Positions 48,472 to 63,413 of a stretch of DNA of 64,000 nt are shown in pieces. The first letter of the stretch is position 1; each line of letters opens with the position of its first letter. This DNA is from Candidatus Dormiibacterota bacterium. GTDB lineage: Bacteria; Chloroflexota; Dormibacteria; CF-121. Below the pieces are notes generated by a model. That model made no database searches. It saw only the letters and a program-made list of their open reading frames with translations, and had not been told where the DNA came from. A program made the translations under genes and the position numbers. The stretch is taken from contig DATEHI010000011.1 in NCBI GenBank assembly GCA_035279665.1, positions 1,157 to 65,156 on the forward strand. The letters run 5' to 3'.

Positions 48472-50922
48472 TTACTCTTCGGCCTCCTCCGTGCCGCCCA
48501 CGCCGGCAATGGTGGCGACGGTATCGCCTTCATCGAGCCGCATGATGATGACGCCCTGGGTCTGTCGTCCGGCCACGCGGATGTTCTCAATCGGCGTGCG
48601 GATCACCTGGCCGCCTTCGGAGATGACGATCAGCTGTTCCTCCTCGGGGTTGACGACCACGCGCATCCCGACCAGGGGACCGGTGCGATCCGTGACGGCC
48701 ATCGTATAGACGCCCTGCCCGCCGCGGGAATGCGCCGGGTACTCGGCCAGCGGCGTGAGCTTGCCGTAACCCCTGGCCGAGACGACCAGCAGGTGGGCGT
48801 CTTTGCGTACGATGTCGAAGCCGGCTACCAGCGCGTCTTTGCGCAAAGTGATGCCGCGCACCCCGGTGGTGTCGCGGCCCATCGGGCGAACCTGCTTCTC
48901 GCTGAAGCGCACGGCTTTGCCGTCGGTGGTGGCGATGATGAGCTCATCCCCGCCCGAGCTGAGCTTGACCCAGTTCAACTCATCACCTTCGGTCAGGTTG
49001 ATGGCGATCAGGCCATTGCGCCGCACCTGGCTGTAGAGCCGCGCCGGCGTCTTCTTGATGGTGCCTTGCTTGGTCACCATCACGAGGTACCGGTCTTCCG
49101 CCCAGTCGGTGATGCCGATCACGGCGGTGATCTTGTCCTTGGGGTCGATGTCGATGAGGTTTGCCGCCGGCAATCCCTTGGCCTGCCGGTTGACATCGGG
49201 GATCTCATGAACTCGAAGGCGGAAGACCGACCCGTGGTTCGTGAAGAAGAGCATGTCGGAGTGCGTGGAGGCAATCGCCAGGTGCTCCACGAAGTCGGAC
49301 TCGACGCGGGCCGCCCCGAGGATCCCTTTGCCGCCGCGACGTTGCGGCCGGTAGGTCGTTGCCGGTACGCGCTTGACGTAGCCGCGGTGGGTAAGCGTGA
49401 CGACCACGTCTTCCTTGGGAACCAGGTCTTCTTCGTTGAGCTCAACCGAGCCCTGGAAGTCGAGCGTGGTCCGGCGAGGATCGCCGTACTTCTTCTTGAG
49501 CTCGGCCAGATCGTCCTTGATCAGCATCATGATTTTCGCTTCGTGCTGAAGGAGGTCTTCGAGGTAGGCGATTCGCTTGATGACCTCCTCGTACTCTTCC
49601 ATGACTTTGTTGCGCTCGAGGCGGGTCAGGCGGCCGAGCCGCATGTCGATGATGGCCTTCGATTGCCGCTCGGAGAGCTTGAAGCGCTCCTGCAGACGTT
49701 CCTGCGCGGTCTTCTCGTCCTGCGACTCGCGGATCGTCTTGATCACAGCATCGAGGTTATCGAGGGCGATCTTGAGGCCTTCGAGGAGGTGGGCCCGGTC
49801 TCGCGCACGCTCGAGCTCGTAGCGGGTCCGGCGTGTGATCACGTCACGGCGATGGTCGACGTGATGCTGGAGCAGGGCCTTGAGGTTGAGCACGAGCGGC
49901 CGGCCGTCTACCAGCGCCAGCGAAATCACCCCGAAGGTGGTCTGCAGCGCGGTGTGCTTATAGAGGTTGTTGAGGACGGTGAGCGCGCGAGCATCCTTCT
50001 TCAGCTCGATGACGATCCGCATGCCCTGACGGTCGGATTCGTCGTTGAGATCCGCGATACCTTCCAGCTTCCGCTCGCCGACGAGCTCCGCGATGCGCGC
50101 GACCAGGGTGGCCTTGTTGACCATGTAGGGGATCTCGGTGATGATGATCCGCTCGCGACCGTTCTTGGCCTCTTCGAAGGTGTGGCGCGCCCGCACGATC
50201 AGGCGACCGTGGCCGGTGCCGTAGGCGGCAGCGATCCCTTCACGACCGATGATGATCCCGCCGGTCGGAAAGTCCGGTCCCTTGACCAGCTTCATCAGGT
50301 CCTCGGTGGTCGCATCTGGATGCTCGATGAGATAGATCTCCGCGTCGCAGACCTCACCGAGGTTGTGCGGCGGAATGTTAGTCGTCATGCCGACCGCGAT
50401 GCCCGATGAGCCGTTGAGCATCAGGTTCGGCAAGCGGGCGGGCAGCACGAGCGGCTCCTGCCGTGTCGCGGAATAGTTGTCGCCGAAGTCGACGGTGTCC
50501 TTCTCGAGGTCGACCAGCAACTCAGCGGCGATCGGGGCGAGCCGGGCTTCGGTGTAGCGATAGGCGGCTGCCGAGTCGCCATCGATCGAGCCGAAGTTCC
50601 CCTGGCCGTCGACCAGCGGGTAGCGCAGCGAGAAGTCCTGCGCCATTCGCACCAGGCTGTCGTAGACGGACATGTCGCCATGGGGGTGGTAGTGCTTGAG
50701 GACTTCGCCGATGATGGCAGCGCACTTCTGATAGCGGGCGCCGGGGGTCATGCCTTGCTCCTGCATCGCGTAAAGGATCCGGCGATGCACGGGCTTGAGC
50801 CCGTCGCGCGCGTCCGGCAGCGCCCGGCTGACGATGACGCTCATCGCGTAGTCCATGTAGCTCGAGCGCATCTCGTTCTCGAGCTGCAGCGGCAAGACCG
50901 TACCGATATTTAGTGGTTCCAT
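48472..50922 (-). CDS. gyrA: DNA gyrase subunit A
   Basis: The active-site region is AAMRYTE-like (ARYTEARL), and the QRDR region contains [17 protein letters not shown]. The C-terminus has a beta-pinwheel. Confidence 0.95.
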   Translation of the reverse strand: MEPLNIGTVLPLQLENEMRSSYMDYAMSVIVSRALPDARDGLKPVHRRILYAMQEQGMTPGARYQKCAAIIGEVLKHYHPHGDMSVYDSLVRMAQDFSLRYPLVDGQGNFGSIDGDSAAAYRYTEARLAPIAAELLVDLEKDTVDFGDNYSATRQEPLVLPARLPNLMLNGSSGIAVGMTTNIPPHNLGEVCDAEIYLIEHPDATTEDLMKLVKGPDFPTGGIIIGREGIAAAYGTGHGRLIVRARHTFEEAKNGRERIIITEIPYMVNKATLVARIAELVGERKLEGIADLNDESDRQGMRIVIELKKDARALTVLNNLYKHTALQTTFGVISLALVDGRPLVLNLKALLQHHVDHRRDVITRRTRYELERARDRAHLLEGLKIALDNLDAVIKTIRESQDEKTAQERLQERFKLSERQSKAIIDMRLGRLTRLERNKVMEEYEEVIKRIAYLEDLLQHEAKIMMLIKDDLAELKKKYGDPRRTTLDFQGSVELNEEDLVPKEDVVVTLTHRGYVKRVPATTYRPQRRGGKGILGAARVESDFVEHLAIASTHSDMLFFTNHGSVFRLRVHEIPDVNRQAKGLPAANLIDIDPKDKITAVIGITDWAEDRYLVMVTKQGTIKKTPARLYSQVRRNGLIAINLTEGDELNWVKLSSGGDELIIATTDGKAVRFSEKQVRPMGRDTTGVRGITLRKDALVAGFDIVRKDAHLLVVSARGYGKLTPLAEYPAHSRGGQGVYTMAVTDRTGPLVGMRVVVNPEEEQLIVISEGGQVIRTPIENIRVAGRQTQGVIIMRLDEGDTVATIAGVGGTEEAEE

Positions 50923-50950
50923 TTAGACCTCTCGGCGCAGAAGTGGGTGC

Positions 50951-52237
50951 TTAATTATCGTCAAAGCGCTTGAGGACGATACAAGCATTCTGGCCGCCGA
51001 AGCCGAACGAGTTCGACATCGCGACCTCGATCTCATGGCGGCGCGGCTCATTGGGTACGTAGTCCAGGTCGCAGTCTGGATCCGGGTGTTCGAGGTTGAT
51101 GGTGGGGTGCACCATGCCATGGTTGATGCTGAGGATCGAGGCGATCGCCTCGACGGCACCAGCAGCCCCGAGTAGGTGGCCGATCATCGACTTCGTGCTC
51201 GAGATCGGAATCCGGCGGGCCCGGTCTCCCATTACCCGCTTGATCGCGGCGGTCTCGGACTTGTCATTGAGTTGCGTCGAGGTGCCATGGGCGTTGATGT
51301 AGTCGACATCCTCGGGGCCGATGTGCGCATCCTCGAGCGCCTTCGCCATGGCCCGCGCGGGACCGTCCCCGTCTTCTTCGGGCATCACGATGTGAAAGGC
51401 ATCGTCGGTGACGGCAAAGCCGATGATCTCGCCGTAAATCTCGGCGTTGCGGCCCTCGGCGTGTTCCAGCGTCTCCAGGACCAGCATGCCGGCCCCCTCA
51501 CCGGGGACGAAGCCGTCACGATGCGCGTCGAATGGGCGGCTCGCCTTGGTGGGGTCCTCCGAATAGGTCGACAGGACTTTCATCGCCGCGAACGACGCGA
51601 GCCCGAAGCGGCACAGGTTCGCCTCCGCACCGCCCGCGAGCATCACCTCCGCGTCTCCGCGCTGCAGCACCCGATAGGCGTTGCCCAGGGCCTGGGTTGA
51701 CGCGGCACAGGCGGTGGTGTCGGTGTTGTTGGGACCCTCGAGCCCGAACTGGATCGCGATCTGGCAGGAGGCCATGTTCGGGATCACACGGGGCACGAAG
51801 AAGGGTGAAATCCGGTCCGGGCCGCGCTCCCCGCGGAGCGCGAAGGCCTCGATCTCTTCCGAGATCTCCTTGAAGCCGCCGATGCCGGTGCCCACCTCGC
51901 AGCCGATGCGAGTCCGGTCCTCCTTCGCCAGCTCGAGACCGGACTGATCGATGGCCATTTTGGCGGCAGCCACCCCGACCTGGCTGAAGCGGGCCATCCG
52001 CTTGGCTTCCTTGAAGTCCATGTACTTTCGCGGATCGAAGTTCTTGAGCTCCGCCACCGTCTTGACCGGCAGGTCGGAGACGTCGAAGGTGGTCGCGATC
52101 CCCAGTCCGGACCGTCCCTCGATCAGGCTGTCCCAGAACTCGGTCAGGTTGTTGCCGTTTGGTGCAAGAACTCCCATGCCGGTCACGACCACACGATGCT
52201 CCGGACGCGCCCCATTCCGGAACCCATTCCCCGCCAT
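50951..52237 (-). CDS. beta-ketoacyl-ACP synthase II paralog
   Basis: The protein is KAS I/II with its triad intact (TTACAASTQALG, HGTSTQLND, GHLLGAAG). It is the third KAS II copy in the window. Confidence 0.85.
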   Translation of the reverse strand: MAGNGFRNGARPEHRVVVTGMGVLAPNGNNLTEFWDSLIEGRSGLGIATTFDVSDLPVKTVAELKNFDPRKYMDFKEAKRMARFSQVGVAAAKMAIDQSGLELAKEDRTRIGCEVGTGIGGFKEISEEIEAFALRGERGPDRISPFFVPRVIPNMASCQIAIQFGLEGPNNTDTTACAASTQALGNAYRVLQRGDAEVMLAGGAEANLCRFGLASFAAMKVLSTYSEDPTKASRPFDAHRDGFVPGEGAGMLVLETLEHAEGRNAEIYGEIIGFAVTDDAFHIVMPEEDGDGPARAMAKALEDAHIGPEDVDYINAHGTSTQLNDKSETAAIKRVMGDRARRIPISSTKSMIGHLLGAAGAVEAIASILSINHGMVHPTINLEHPDPDCDLDYVPNEPRRHEIEVAMSNSFGFGGQNACIVLKRFDDN

Positions 52238-52241
52238 GGAA

Positions 52242-53279
52242 TCATGTTACGAGAGGGGCACTATTCGGCGCGGATTGTTGCGCCCCGACGATCGACGGTA
52301 CCGCCGCGGCGATGGTCGGAACCACCTGGCGGTCGACAGCGTCGCGCGCCACCCGGACCGCATTGTAGGTGGCGCGGGCATCTGAGCGGCCGTGCGCGAT
52401 CACCGCCACCCCGTTGACGCCCAGGAGAAGAGCCCCGCCGAACTCGCGCCAATCGGCGCGCCGCCGGACGGCTCGCAGCTTGGGGCGAATCAGCAGCCCA
52501 CCGAGGGTCGCGACCGGGTCGCCCTTCACCGCGTCCCGCATGCTCTGGAAGACGAAGTCCGCGGCACCCTCAGCGGTCTTGATCAGGATGTTGCCGCTGA
52601 AGCCGTCGGTGACCACGACATCGGCCTTGCCTTTGAATATGTCCTTGCCTTCGATGTTGCCAATGAAATTGATCCCTTGTAGCGCGCGGAGCAGTGGTTG
52701 CGTCGCCTGTACCAACTGGTTGCCCTTGCCGGCCTCCTCGCCGTTGCTGAGCAACGCCACCCGTGGGGTCTTGAGACCCATCAGCTTCTCCGCGTAGATG
52801 CTCCCCATCAGCGCGTACTGGACGAGGTGCTCTGGCTTGGCATCGGTGTTGGCGCCGACGTCCAGCAGAAAGCAGTTCTGTCCCGTCGCGGTCGGAATGA
52901 TGGAGCCTATCGCCGGGCGATCGATGCCGCGAATCCGGTGAAGTCCGAAGAGCGCGGCGGCCATCACCGCACCGCTGTTGCCTGCACTGACGAAGCCGCC
53001 GGCACGTCCGTCCTCGACCATCGTGCAGGCCCGGACAATCGACGAGTTCTTCTTAGTTCGGACCGCTTGCGCTGGATGCTCGTCCATGGCGATCACCTCG
53101 GGGGCATCCTCGATCTGCGCCCACTTCCCGGCGCCGGCTGCGGCGAGGGCGGCATCAACCTTCTCCTTGACGCCGACGAAGATCACCTCGACCCCGAGCT
53201 CGCGGTGCGCCTGCACGCCGCCGGCTACCACCTGGTCGGGAGCGAAATCACCACCCATCGCATCGAGCGCGATTTTCAT
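52242..53279 (-). CDS. plsX: phosphate acyltransferase PlsX
   Basis: The protein starts MKIALDAMGGDFAP and is conserved throughout as PlsX. Confidence 0.9.
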   Translation of the reverse strand: MKIALDAMGGDFAPDQVVAGGVQAHRELGVEVIFVGVKEKVDAALAAAGAGKWAQIEDAPEVIAMDEHPAQAVRTKKNSSIVRACTMVEDGRAGGFVSAGNSGAVMAAALFGLHRIRGIDRPAIGSIIPTATGQNCFLLDVGANTDAKPEHLVQYALMGSIYAEKLMGLKTPRVALLSNGEEAGKGNQLVQATQPLLRALQGINFIGNIEGKDIFKGKADVVVTDGFSGNILIKTAEGAADFVFQSMRDAVKGDPVATLGGLLIRPKLRAVRRRADWREFGGALLLGVNGVAVIAHGRSDARATYNAVRVARDAVDRQVVPTIAAAVPSIVGAQQSAPNSAPLVT

Positions 53280-53299
53280 CGTGGACCCGGGCGGGAGCG

Positions 53300-56875
<3,576 letters not shown>

Positions 56876-56979
56876 TCAAATTATACCCAATGTGGGCGCC
56901 AAAATTGACGCTTGTGGGCGCCTAAAGTCGAGCCACAGGGCGGTGGGTTGGGGCCGGTGCCGTGCAGGGCTGCCGCCGG

Positions 56980-58455
56980 TCAGGAGGCGACCACCGGAGC
57001 GGGCTTTTCGACCGGCGGCCGCCAGCGCAAATCGAGCTGGCGCGCGGCACGGACTTCGTCGAGGCGCCCCACCGGGGCATTATGCGGCGCGGTCTTGACG
57101 ATCTCGGGATCCTTCGCAATCTCCACAACGATCTGCTCGACCGCGGCGACGAACTCGTCGAGCGTGGCCTTGGACTCGGTTTCCGTCGGCTCGATCATCA
57201 GCGCCTCTGGAACAATCAGCGGAAAGTAGACCGTCGGCGGGTGGAAGCCGAGATCGATCAGCCGCTTGGCGATGTCTTTCGCCGATACGCCCTGCGCCTT
57301 CGCCTTCTTCGCCGTCAGCACGAACTCGTGCAACGACGGCCCGCCGAATGCATCGTCGAATGAGCGGCGCAGGGAATGCCGCAGGTAACTGGCGTTGAGC
57401 ACGGCGTTCTGCGCGACCTCATTGATGGTGTTGCCGTAGGTGCGGATGAAGGCATAGGCGCGAAGCAGCATGCCGAAGTTGCCATAGAAGGACCGGACCT
57501 TTCCAATCGACTGTGGCCGCTCGTATTCGAAGCGGAAGCCCTCATCGGTCCGCTCCACGGTCGGGATGGGGAGGAAAGGCACGAGATGGGACTTCACGCC
57601 AACCGGCCCGGCGCCCGGGCCGCCGCCGCCATGCGGGGTGGAGAAGGTCTTGTGCAGGTTGAGGTGGACCACGTCGAAGCCCATGTCGCCCGGCCGGGCG
57701 ATGCCGACGAGCGCGTTGAGATTGGCTCCGTCGTAGTAGAGCTGCACGCCATGCTCGTGCGAGAGACGGGCGATCTCCAGGATGTCCTTCTCGAAGAGCC
57801 CGACGGTGTTCGGATTCGTCAGCATCACGGCCGAGGTCCGCGTCGAGATCTTGCTCCTGAAATCCTCCAGGTCGACCAGGCCGTCGGCGCCCGACTTGAC
57901 GGTCACCGTCTTCAGGCGTGAGAGGGTGGCGCTCGCCGGGTTGGTGCCATGGGCGCTGTCCGGAACCAGGACCTCATCGCGCGTTTCGCCGCGGCTGAGA
58001 TGGTACGCCTGGATCATGCGCAGTCCGGTCCACTCGCCATGGGCGCCGGCCGCCGGCTGCAGGCTCATGCGGTCCATCGCGGTCAGCGCCAGGAGGGCAC
58101 GCTCCAGCTCCCACATCAGCCGAAGAGCGCCCTGGGCGCGCGCCGGTGGGTGATAGGGGTGGAGATCGGCAAAGTCGTCGAGGCGAGCGAGGGCCTCGTT
58201 GACGGCGGGGTTGTACTTCATCGTGCAGGATCCCAGGGGATAGAGACCCTGGTGCAGGTTGAAGTTGAGACGGCCGAGGCGGCCGAAATGCCGGGCAACT
58301 TCCGGCTCGCTGAGCGAGGCGATCGGGAGTGGCGACTGACGCCGCAGCGCGGACGGCACCAGTTCATCGATCGGTCGCGTCTTGACACCGGCAGCGGGCA
58401 GTCGCGGGCTCGGACGGTCTGGGCGCCCCAGCTCGAAGAGAAGCGGCTCGCTCAC
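56980..58455 (-). CDS. gcvPB: glycine dehydrogenase (decarboxylating) subunit 2
   Basis: The PLP-dependent fold has the conserved NLHKTFSTPHGGGGPG lysine region. Its GTG start overlaps the gcvPA TGA (GTGA). Confidence 0.9.
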   Translation of the reverse strand: MSEPLLFELGRPDRPSPRLPAAGVKTRPIDELVPSALRRQSPLPIASLSEPEVARHFGRLGRLNFNLHQGLYPLGSCTMKYNPAVNEALARLDDFADLHPYHPPARAQGALRLMWELERALLALTAMDRMSLQPAAGAHGEWTGLRMIQAYHLSRGETRDEVLVPDSAHGTNPASATLSRLKTVTVKSGADGLVDLEDFRSKISTRTSAVMLTNPNTVGLFEKDILEIARLSHEHGVQLYYDGANLNALVGIARPGDMGFDVVHLNLHKTFSTPHGGGGPGAGPVGVKSHLVPFLPIPTVERTDEGFRFEYERPQSIGKVRSFYGNFGMLLRAYAFIRTYGNTINEVAQNAVLNASYLRHSLRRSFDDAFGGPSLHEFVLTAKKAKAQGVSAKDIAKRLIDLGFHPPTVYFPLIVPEALMIEPTETESKATLDEFVAAVEQIVVEIAKDPEIVKTAPHNAPVGRLDEVRAARQLDLRWRPPVEKPAPVVAS

Positions 58456-59783
58456 GCTAGCGCCTCGAGAAACCGATCGATCGCGCGCGGATGGTTGAGC
58501 TCGGTGACCGAGATTAGCAGCGCATCCGATAGCTCGGGGAAGAAGCGCCCGAGCGGCAAGCCCGGCAGGACACCACGCTCGAGCATGAAGGCCTGCGTCT
58601 GCTCGGCCGGATACGGAGTGCGCACCACGAACTCCCACAGAAATGGGCCATCGAAGGCCAGCCGGTACCCCTTTCGCTCCACCAGGTGCGCCGCCAGGTG
58701 ATGGGCGCGTTGCGCGCTGAGCTCGGCGAGCTGCCTGAGGCCATCCCCTCCCATGTGGGCGAGGTAGACGGTGGCGGCAATGGCCATCAGCGCGTGATTG
58801 GTTGTGATGTTGGAGGTCGCGTGCTCGCGCCGGATATGTTGCTCGCGGGCCTGGAGCGTCAGCACGTACCCGCGGCGGCCCTCCCCATCGACCGTCGCGC
58901 CGACCAGCCGCCCGGGCATTCGGCGCATCAGCGCTTCCGTGCAGGCGATGAACCCGACGTAGGGTCCGCCGAACGACAGCGGGATCCCCAGCGGTTGTCC
59001 GTCGCCCACCGCCAGATCGGCGCCGTAGTCGGCTGGCGAGGCAAGAATCCCGAGCGAGATCGGATCGACGCAGGCGATCAACAGTGCGCCCGATCGGTGC
59101 GCCGCTTCGCTGATGGGTTGTGGGTCTTCCAGCACACCGTAGAAGTTCGGTTGCTGCAGGATGACCGCGGCCGTCGTGCCGGTGACGGCCTGTTCCAGCT
59201 TGGCCAGGTCGATCCGTCCGTCGGCCCCGGCTGAGACCCGGAGGATCTCATACTGCTGCGCCTCCGAGTAGGTCTTGAGGACCTGCGCGTACTCGGGGTG
59301 GAGCGCCCCCGCGACGACGACATTGTGCCGGTTCGTATGCGCCACCGCCATTCCGGTCGCTTCGGCCAGGGCGGTGGCGCCGTCGTAGAGCGAGGCGTTG
59401 GACACATCCAGGCCGGTAAGGAGACTGATCATGCTCTGAAATTCGTAGGTGGCCTGCAGCGTGCCCTGGCTGGCCTCGGCCTGGTAGGGAGTGTAGGTCG
59501 TATAGAAGTCGGGCCGCGAGATGACCTGGTTGACGATCGCGGGACTGAAGCGACGCGAGGCCCCCGCACCAAGAAAGCTGTGTGATGGGGCGATTCGGGC
59601 ATTCAGGCGACCGAGCTCGCGAATGTACTGCACAAGCTCCACTTCGGAGAGGGGGTCGGGGAGCTCGACGTGAGCAAGGCGCAGGGCTTCGGGCAGGTGC
59701 TTGAACAAGCCGTCGACGCTGTCCAGTTCGAGCGCTTTCAGCATTTCGGCGCGCTCGGCTGCTGCGTTCGGAAGGTACGTCAC
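58452..59783 (-). CDS. gcvPA: glycine dehydrogenase (decarboxylating) subunit 1
   Basis: 443 aa, conserved P-protein N-terminal half. Confidence 0.9.
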   Translation of the reverse strand: MTYLPNAAAERAEMLKALELDSVDGLFKHLPEALRLAHVELPDPLSEVELVQYIRELGRLNARIAPSHSFLGAGASRRFSPAIVNQVISRPDFYTTYTPYQAEASQGTLQATYEFQSMISLLTGLDVSNASLYDGATALAEATGMAVAHTNRHNVVVAGALHPEYAQVLKTYSEAQQYEILRVSAGADGRIDLAKLEQAVTGTTAAVILQQPNFYGVLEDPQPISEAAHRSGALLIACVDPISLGILASPADYGADLAVGDGQPLGIPLSFGGPYVGFIACTEALMRRMPGRLVGATVDGEGRRGYVLTLQAREQHIRREHATSNITTNHALMAIAATVYLAHMGGDGLRQLAELSAQRAHHLAAHLVERKGYRLAFDGPFLWEFVVRTPYPAEQTQAFMLERGVLPGLPLGRFFPELSDALLISVTELNHPRAIDRFLEALA

Positions 59784-59793
59784 CGGTAGGTCA

Positions 59794-60177
59794 CTAGTGC
59801 GATCGGCCTTGCACGAACGCGTCGTAGGCCTTCTCGTCCAGCAGCTTGGGATTGTCCTTCACGGAGCGGAGCTTGATGATCCAGCCGTTGCCGTATGGGT
59901 CCTGGTTGACGTACTCGGGGTGATCCTTCAGTTCCTGGTTGATCTCAGACACCTCGCCCCCAACCGGGCTGTACAGATCGGAGGCCGCCTTCACCGATTC
60001 GATCACGCCGAGCCGGGCGCCGGCATCGAGCTGCTGGCCAACTGCCGGCAGCTCGAGATAGATGACATCGCCGAGCTGCGACTGGGCATATTCGCTGATG
60101 CCCACCGTCGCGGTGTCGCCATCTTTCTTGGCCCACTCGTGGGTTTCGGCGAATCGCATGCCGCTCAGATCTGCCAT
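59794..60177 (-). CDS. gcvH: glycine cleavage system H protein
   Basis: The lipoyl-lysine motif is GVIESVKAASDLYSP. The ATG at 60177 lies within a longer ORF. Confidence 0.9.
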   Translation of the reverse strand: MADLSGMRFAETHEWAKKDGDTATVGISEYAQSQLGDVIYLELPAVGQQLDAGARLGVIESVKAASDLYSPVGGEVSEINQELKDHPEYVNQDPYGNGWIIKLRSVKDNPKLLDEKAYDAFVQGRSH

Positions 60178-60193
60178 CGCAACTCCCTTTCCG

Positions 60194-61285
60194 TCATTTC
60201 GGATGAGGCCGCTTGTAGAAAGGCATTGGGACAACCTCGGCCGGGGCGTCCATGCCACGCACCTCCACGCCAAGACGGGTTCCCGGCTCGGCCAGCGCGG
60301 GCGGCACGTACGCCATCCCGATGTTGTAGCCAAGGGTGAAGGAGACGTTTCCCGACGTCACGGTGCCGACCTGCTGGCCATCGCTAACCACGCGGTAGCC
60401 GTGACGGGGGATGCTGCGATCCAGCATCTTGAAACCCACCAGCCGCCGAGAGAGTCCCTGCTCGCGGGCCTGCAGGATGGCGTCACGCCCCACGAAATCC
60501 TTGTCGAGGTTGAGGGTCCAATCCAGCCCTGCCTCGAGCGGATTGGTGGCGGTATCCATGTCGTTGCCGTAGAGGCGCATGCCCGCTTCCAGTCGCAGCG
60601 TGTCGCGCGCGCCAAGGCCCGCCGGCCGAATGCCATCGGACTTGCCCTCATCGAGCAGCGCGTGCCAGAGCCGCTCGGCATCGGCATTCCGGCAAAACAG
60701 CTCGAAGCCATCCTCGCCGGTATAGCCGGTCCGCGAAATCAGGCACGGCACGTCCGCGACGGTCCCCTCGACGAAGGCATAGTACTTGACACTGCCCAGG
60801 TCGGCTTTCGTCAGCCGCTGCACCAGGCCAACGGCTCGTGGGCCTTGTACGCCGATGAGCGCCCATTCCCGCCCGACATTGAGGACGGTCGGTGATTGGT
60901 CGCCCTGCGACCGGATCCACTCAAAGTCGCCATCCTGGTTGCCGGCGTTGACCACCAGCAAATCGCTGCCGTCAGTCATCGAGTAGACCAGGACATCGTC
61001 GATGATGCCGCCCTTCTCGTTACAAAGAAGGGCGTACTGGATTCGCCCGGCTTTGAGTCGGGTCAGGTCGCGAGTAACGACGCGCTGGGCGAGGCTCGCA
61101 TCGGTGATGCGTAGCTCTCCCATGTGCGAGAGATCGAAGAGGCCGACGGCCTCTCGCACGGCGCGGTGCTCCTCGCGGATGCTGCTGTATTGGAGCGGCA
61201 TCACCCAGCCGCCGAAGTTCGTCATCTGGGCGCCGAGGCGGACGTGTTCCTCGTAGAGCGATGTCCGCGCGGCCGTCACGACCAA
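60194..61285 (-). CDS. gcvT: glycine cleavage system aminomethyltransferase T protein
   Basis: 363 aa, conserved GcvT fold ([22 protein letters not shown]). Confidence 0.9.
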   Translation of the reverse strand: MVVTAARTSLYEEHVRLGAQMTNFGGWVMPLQYSSIREEHRAVREAVGLFDLSHMGELRITDASLAQRVVTRDLTRLKAGRIQYALLCNEKGGIIDDVLVYSMTDGSDLLVVNAGNQDGDFEWIRSQGDQSPTVLNVGREWALIGVQGPRAVGLVQRLTKADLGSVKYYAFVEGTVADVPCLISRTGYTGEDGFELFCRNADAERLWHALLDEGKSDGIRPAGLGARDTLRLEAGMRLYGNDMDTATNPLEAGLDWTLNLDKDFVGRDAILQAREQGLSRRLVGFKMLDRSIPRHGYRVVSDGQQVGTVTSGNVSFTLGYNIGMAYVPPALAEPGTRLGVEVRGMDAPAEVVPMPFYKRPHPK

Positions 61286-61288
61286 ACG

Positions 61289-61888
61289 TTACGCCTCAGG
61301 GTCTGGCTCGTCGGGGTCGTCGAGGACGTCGAGGTAATCGAGCAGCTCCTGGTCGTGGACAACCTGCGCGCCACGAAGCATCTCGAGAATGACGTTGACG
61401 CGGGCCTCCTCCCACTGCAGGAGCCTGGCCAGCTCTGCCGGCGTTGCCTGCCGTGCGAGTCGCTCCGAAAGGAGGCGCTGTGCCGATTCCAGCAGGCGGC
61501 AGGCGATGACGAACGCCTCGTCGTTGCGCTGGGCCTCTTCCGTTTGGGCGAGCACGTCATCCATCGTGGCGCCGATGGCATGAACCAGGCGGGCGTGGAA
61601 GCCGCCATCGCCGGGTTTGTAGTGCTCAACGGCCGAGATCAAGCCGACGGTTCCCTCCTGGAACAGGTCGCCAAAGGGGACGCCACGCTCCTTGCGGGCC
61701 TGGGCGGCTTCGACCACGAGGTGGAGGTTGTGCTCGATCAGCGTCCGGTTCGCTGCGTCGCGCTCCGCCCCCAGCGTGGCAAGGAGCCGTTGCTCCTCGG
61801 CGTTTGATAGGGATGGATACTGCGCGACTTGCTCGCGGATCTCGTCCTCCTCATCTTTCGGAGACTGCTGCTCCATGCGTTGGGCCAC
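61289..61888 (-). CDS. sigma-70-like protein with regions 1.2/2/3 only (no region 4 HTH)
   Basis: [41 protein letters not shown] resembles region 2.1-2.2. A region-3-like segment [27 protein letters not shown] follows. The 199-aa protein ends in an acidic tail, and its stop is 3 nt from the gcvT start. Confidence 0.55.
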   Translation of the reverse strand: MAQRMEQQSPKDEEDEIREQVAQYPSLSNAEEQRLLATLGAERDAANRTLIEHNLHLVVEAAQARKERGVPFGDLFQEGTVGLISAVEHYKPGDGGFHARLVHAIGATMDDVLAQTEEAQRNDEAFVIACRLLESAQRLLSERLARQATPAELARLLQWEEARVNVILEMLRGAQVVHDQELLDYLDVLDDPDEPDPEA

Positions 61889-61938
61889 GCTCCCATTCTA
61901 CGAACGACGGGCCTGCCAACCGGGGCTATGATCAGGTC

Positions 61939-63330
61939 GTGAAGAGGGCCACCCGGCTCTTTCTCGCGGCCGCCCTCCTGGCGGCATTCTTGCCCGCGGT
62001 CCAGGCCCGCGCCGCTGAGCCGCATGTCCTGGTGGCAACCCTCAACGGAGTCATCAACCCGATTACCGACAGCTATATCTCTAAGGCCGTCGACCGCGCC
62101 GTGTCCACCCAGGCAAACGCCCTGATCATTCAGATGGACACCCCCGGCGGGTTGGACACCTCGATGAGGGGCATCATCAAGAAGATCCTAGGGGCGCCGC
62201 TGCCGGTGATCATCTTCGTCGCGCCTTCGGGCGCCCGGGCCGCCTCCGCAGGTCTCTACATCACGGAGTCGGCCGACATCGCCGTGATGGCGCCTGGGAC
62301 GAACATCGGCTCGGCGCACCCGGTGAGTCTCAGCGGGTCCAATCCCGCCGCCAACCCGACGGCGAGCCCCGGTGCCGGCGGCGCGACCTCGACAGCGCCC
62401 GACATCGAATCGCAGAAGATCGAAAACGACGCCGCGGCCTACATTCATGCGCTGGCCACGCTCCACCACCGCAACGCAGACTGGGCGGAGAAGGCCGTCC
62501 GGCAGAGCATCAACGCGCCGGCGGATGACGCGGTGAAACTGGGTGTGGTCGATTTCGAGAGCCGCGACCTCGACACGCTGCTGCAGGACCTCGACGGTCG
62601 CCAGGTCGCAAAGGGTGGCCGGACGTACACGCTACAGACCGCGCGGGCCGGCATCGAGCGATATGACATGAGCGGGTTCGAGCAATTTCTGCAGGCCGTC
62701 GCCGACCCGAACCTCGTGTATCTCCTCTTCCTGCTCGCCATCATCGGCATCGGGTTCTGGGTCACGCATCCAGGGTTGTTCCTGCCCGGCGTAATCGGCG
62801 TGATCGCCGGCGTGCTCGCCGCCCTGTCGCTATTCGATCTGCCGATCAACATCGCCGGCGTCATCCTCATCCTGATCGCCGTCGTGCTCTTCATCATCGA
62901 TCTCAAGGCGGTCACCCACGGAGTGCTGACCACGGGCGGCATCGTCGCCATGACCCTTGGAGGCCTATTGTTAGTCGACACCAGCTTCCTCGCCGAGGGC
63001 GTCAACATCCCCCTGCTCATCATCACCGTCCTCGTCATCGCGGCGATCTTCCTCTTCATCCTGCGCAAGTTGATCGACGCCAGGCGCCGTCCTTACGAGG
63101 CGGGTAAGGAGTCGATGATCGGCACGCTGGGCACCGTGCGAGAACCGCTGAACCCCAGCGGGATGGTGTTCGTCAATGGCGCGCTGTGGCAGGCCACCTC
63201 AACCAGCGGGCCGCTCGATGCCGGGACGCAGGTACGCATCATCGGCGTCGACGGACTTCGTCTCCGGGTCGAGGCCCTCCACCAACAGCAAGCTGGGCGG
63301 TCCGAAGGGCCGCAGGCCGCGCCGTCATGA
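61939..63330 (+). CDS. NfeD-family membrane-bound serine protease (ClpP-like fold + C-terminal OB domain)
   Basis: GTG start with a signal peptide. A ClpP-like domain (LIIQMDTPGG) and several TM helices are followed by an NfeD C-terminal OB domain. Confidence 0.8.
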   Translation: MKRATRLFLAAALLAAFLPAVQARAAEPHVLVATLNGVINPITDSYISKAVDRAVSTQANALIIQMDTPGGLDTSMRGIIKKILGAPLPVIIFVAPSGARAASAGLYITESADIAVMAPGTNIGSAHPVSLSGSNPAANPTASPGAGGATSTAPDIESQKIENDAAAYIHALATLHHRNADWAEKAVRQSINAPADDAVKLGVVDFESRDLDTLLQDLDGRQVAKGGRTYTLQTARAGIERYDMSGFEQFLQAVADPNLVYLLFLLAIIGIGFWVTHPGLFLPGVIGVIAGVLAALSLFDLPINIAGVILILIAVVLFIIDLKAVTHGVLTTGGIVAMTLGGLLLVDTSFLAEGVNIPLLIITVLVIAAIFLFILRKLIDARRRPYEAGKESMIGTLGTVREPLNPSGMVFVNGALWQATSTSGPLDAGTQVRIIGVDGLRLRVEALHQQQAGRSEGPQAAPS

Positions 63331-63413
63331 CACGCGCGCTTCTCCACGCTGGAGCGCGCTGATGACCCGTAAGATGAAAACCGTCGGCCTAGTGCATTAG
63401 CGAGGAGGGACCC

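Noticed and set aside
48730-50409. 559-aa plus-strand ORF
   Set aside because: It is entirely antisense to gyrA, which is unambiguously real. It has an Arg/Ala/Gly/Asp-rich composition typical of antisense frames in high-GC DNA.
61285-61960. Glycine riboswitch upstream of gcvT
   Set aside because: gcvT starts 3 nt after the sigma-like gene. The 50-nt region upstream of that gene shows no tandem glycine-aptamer consensus.
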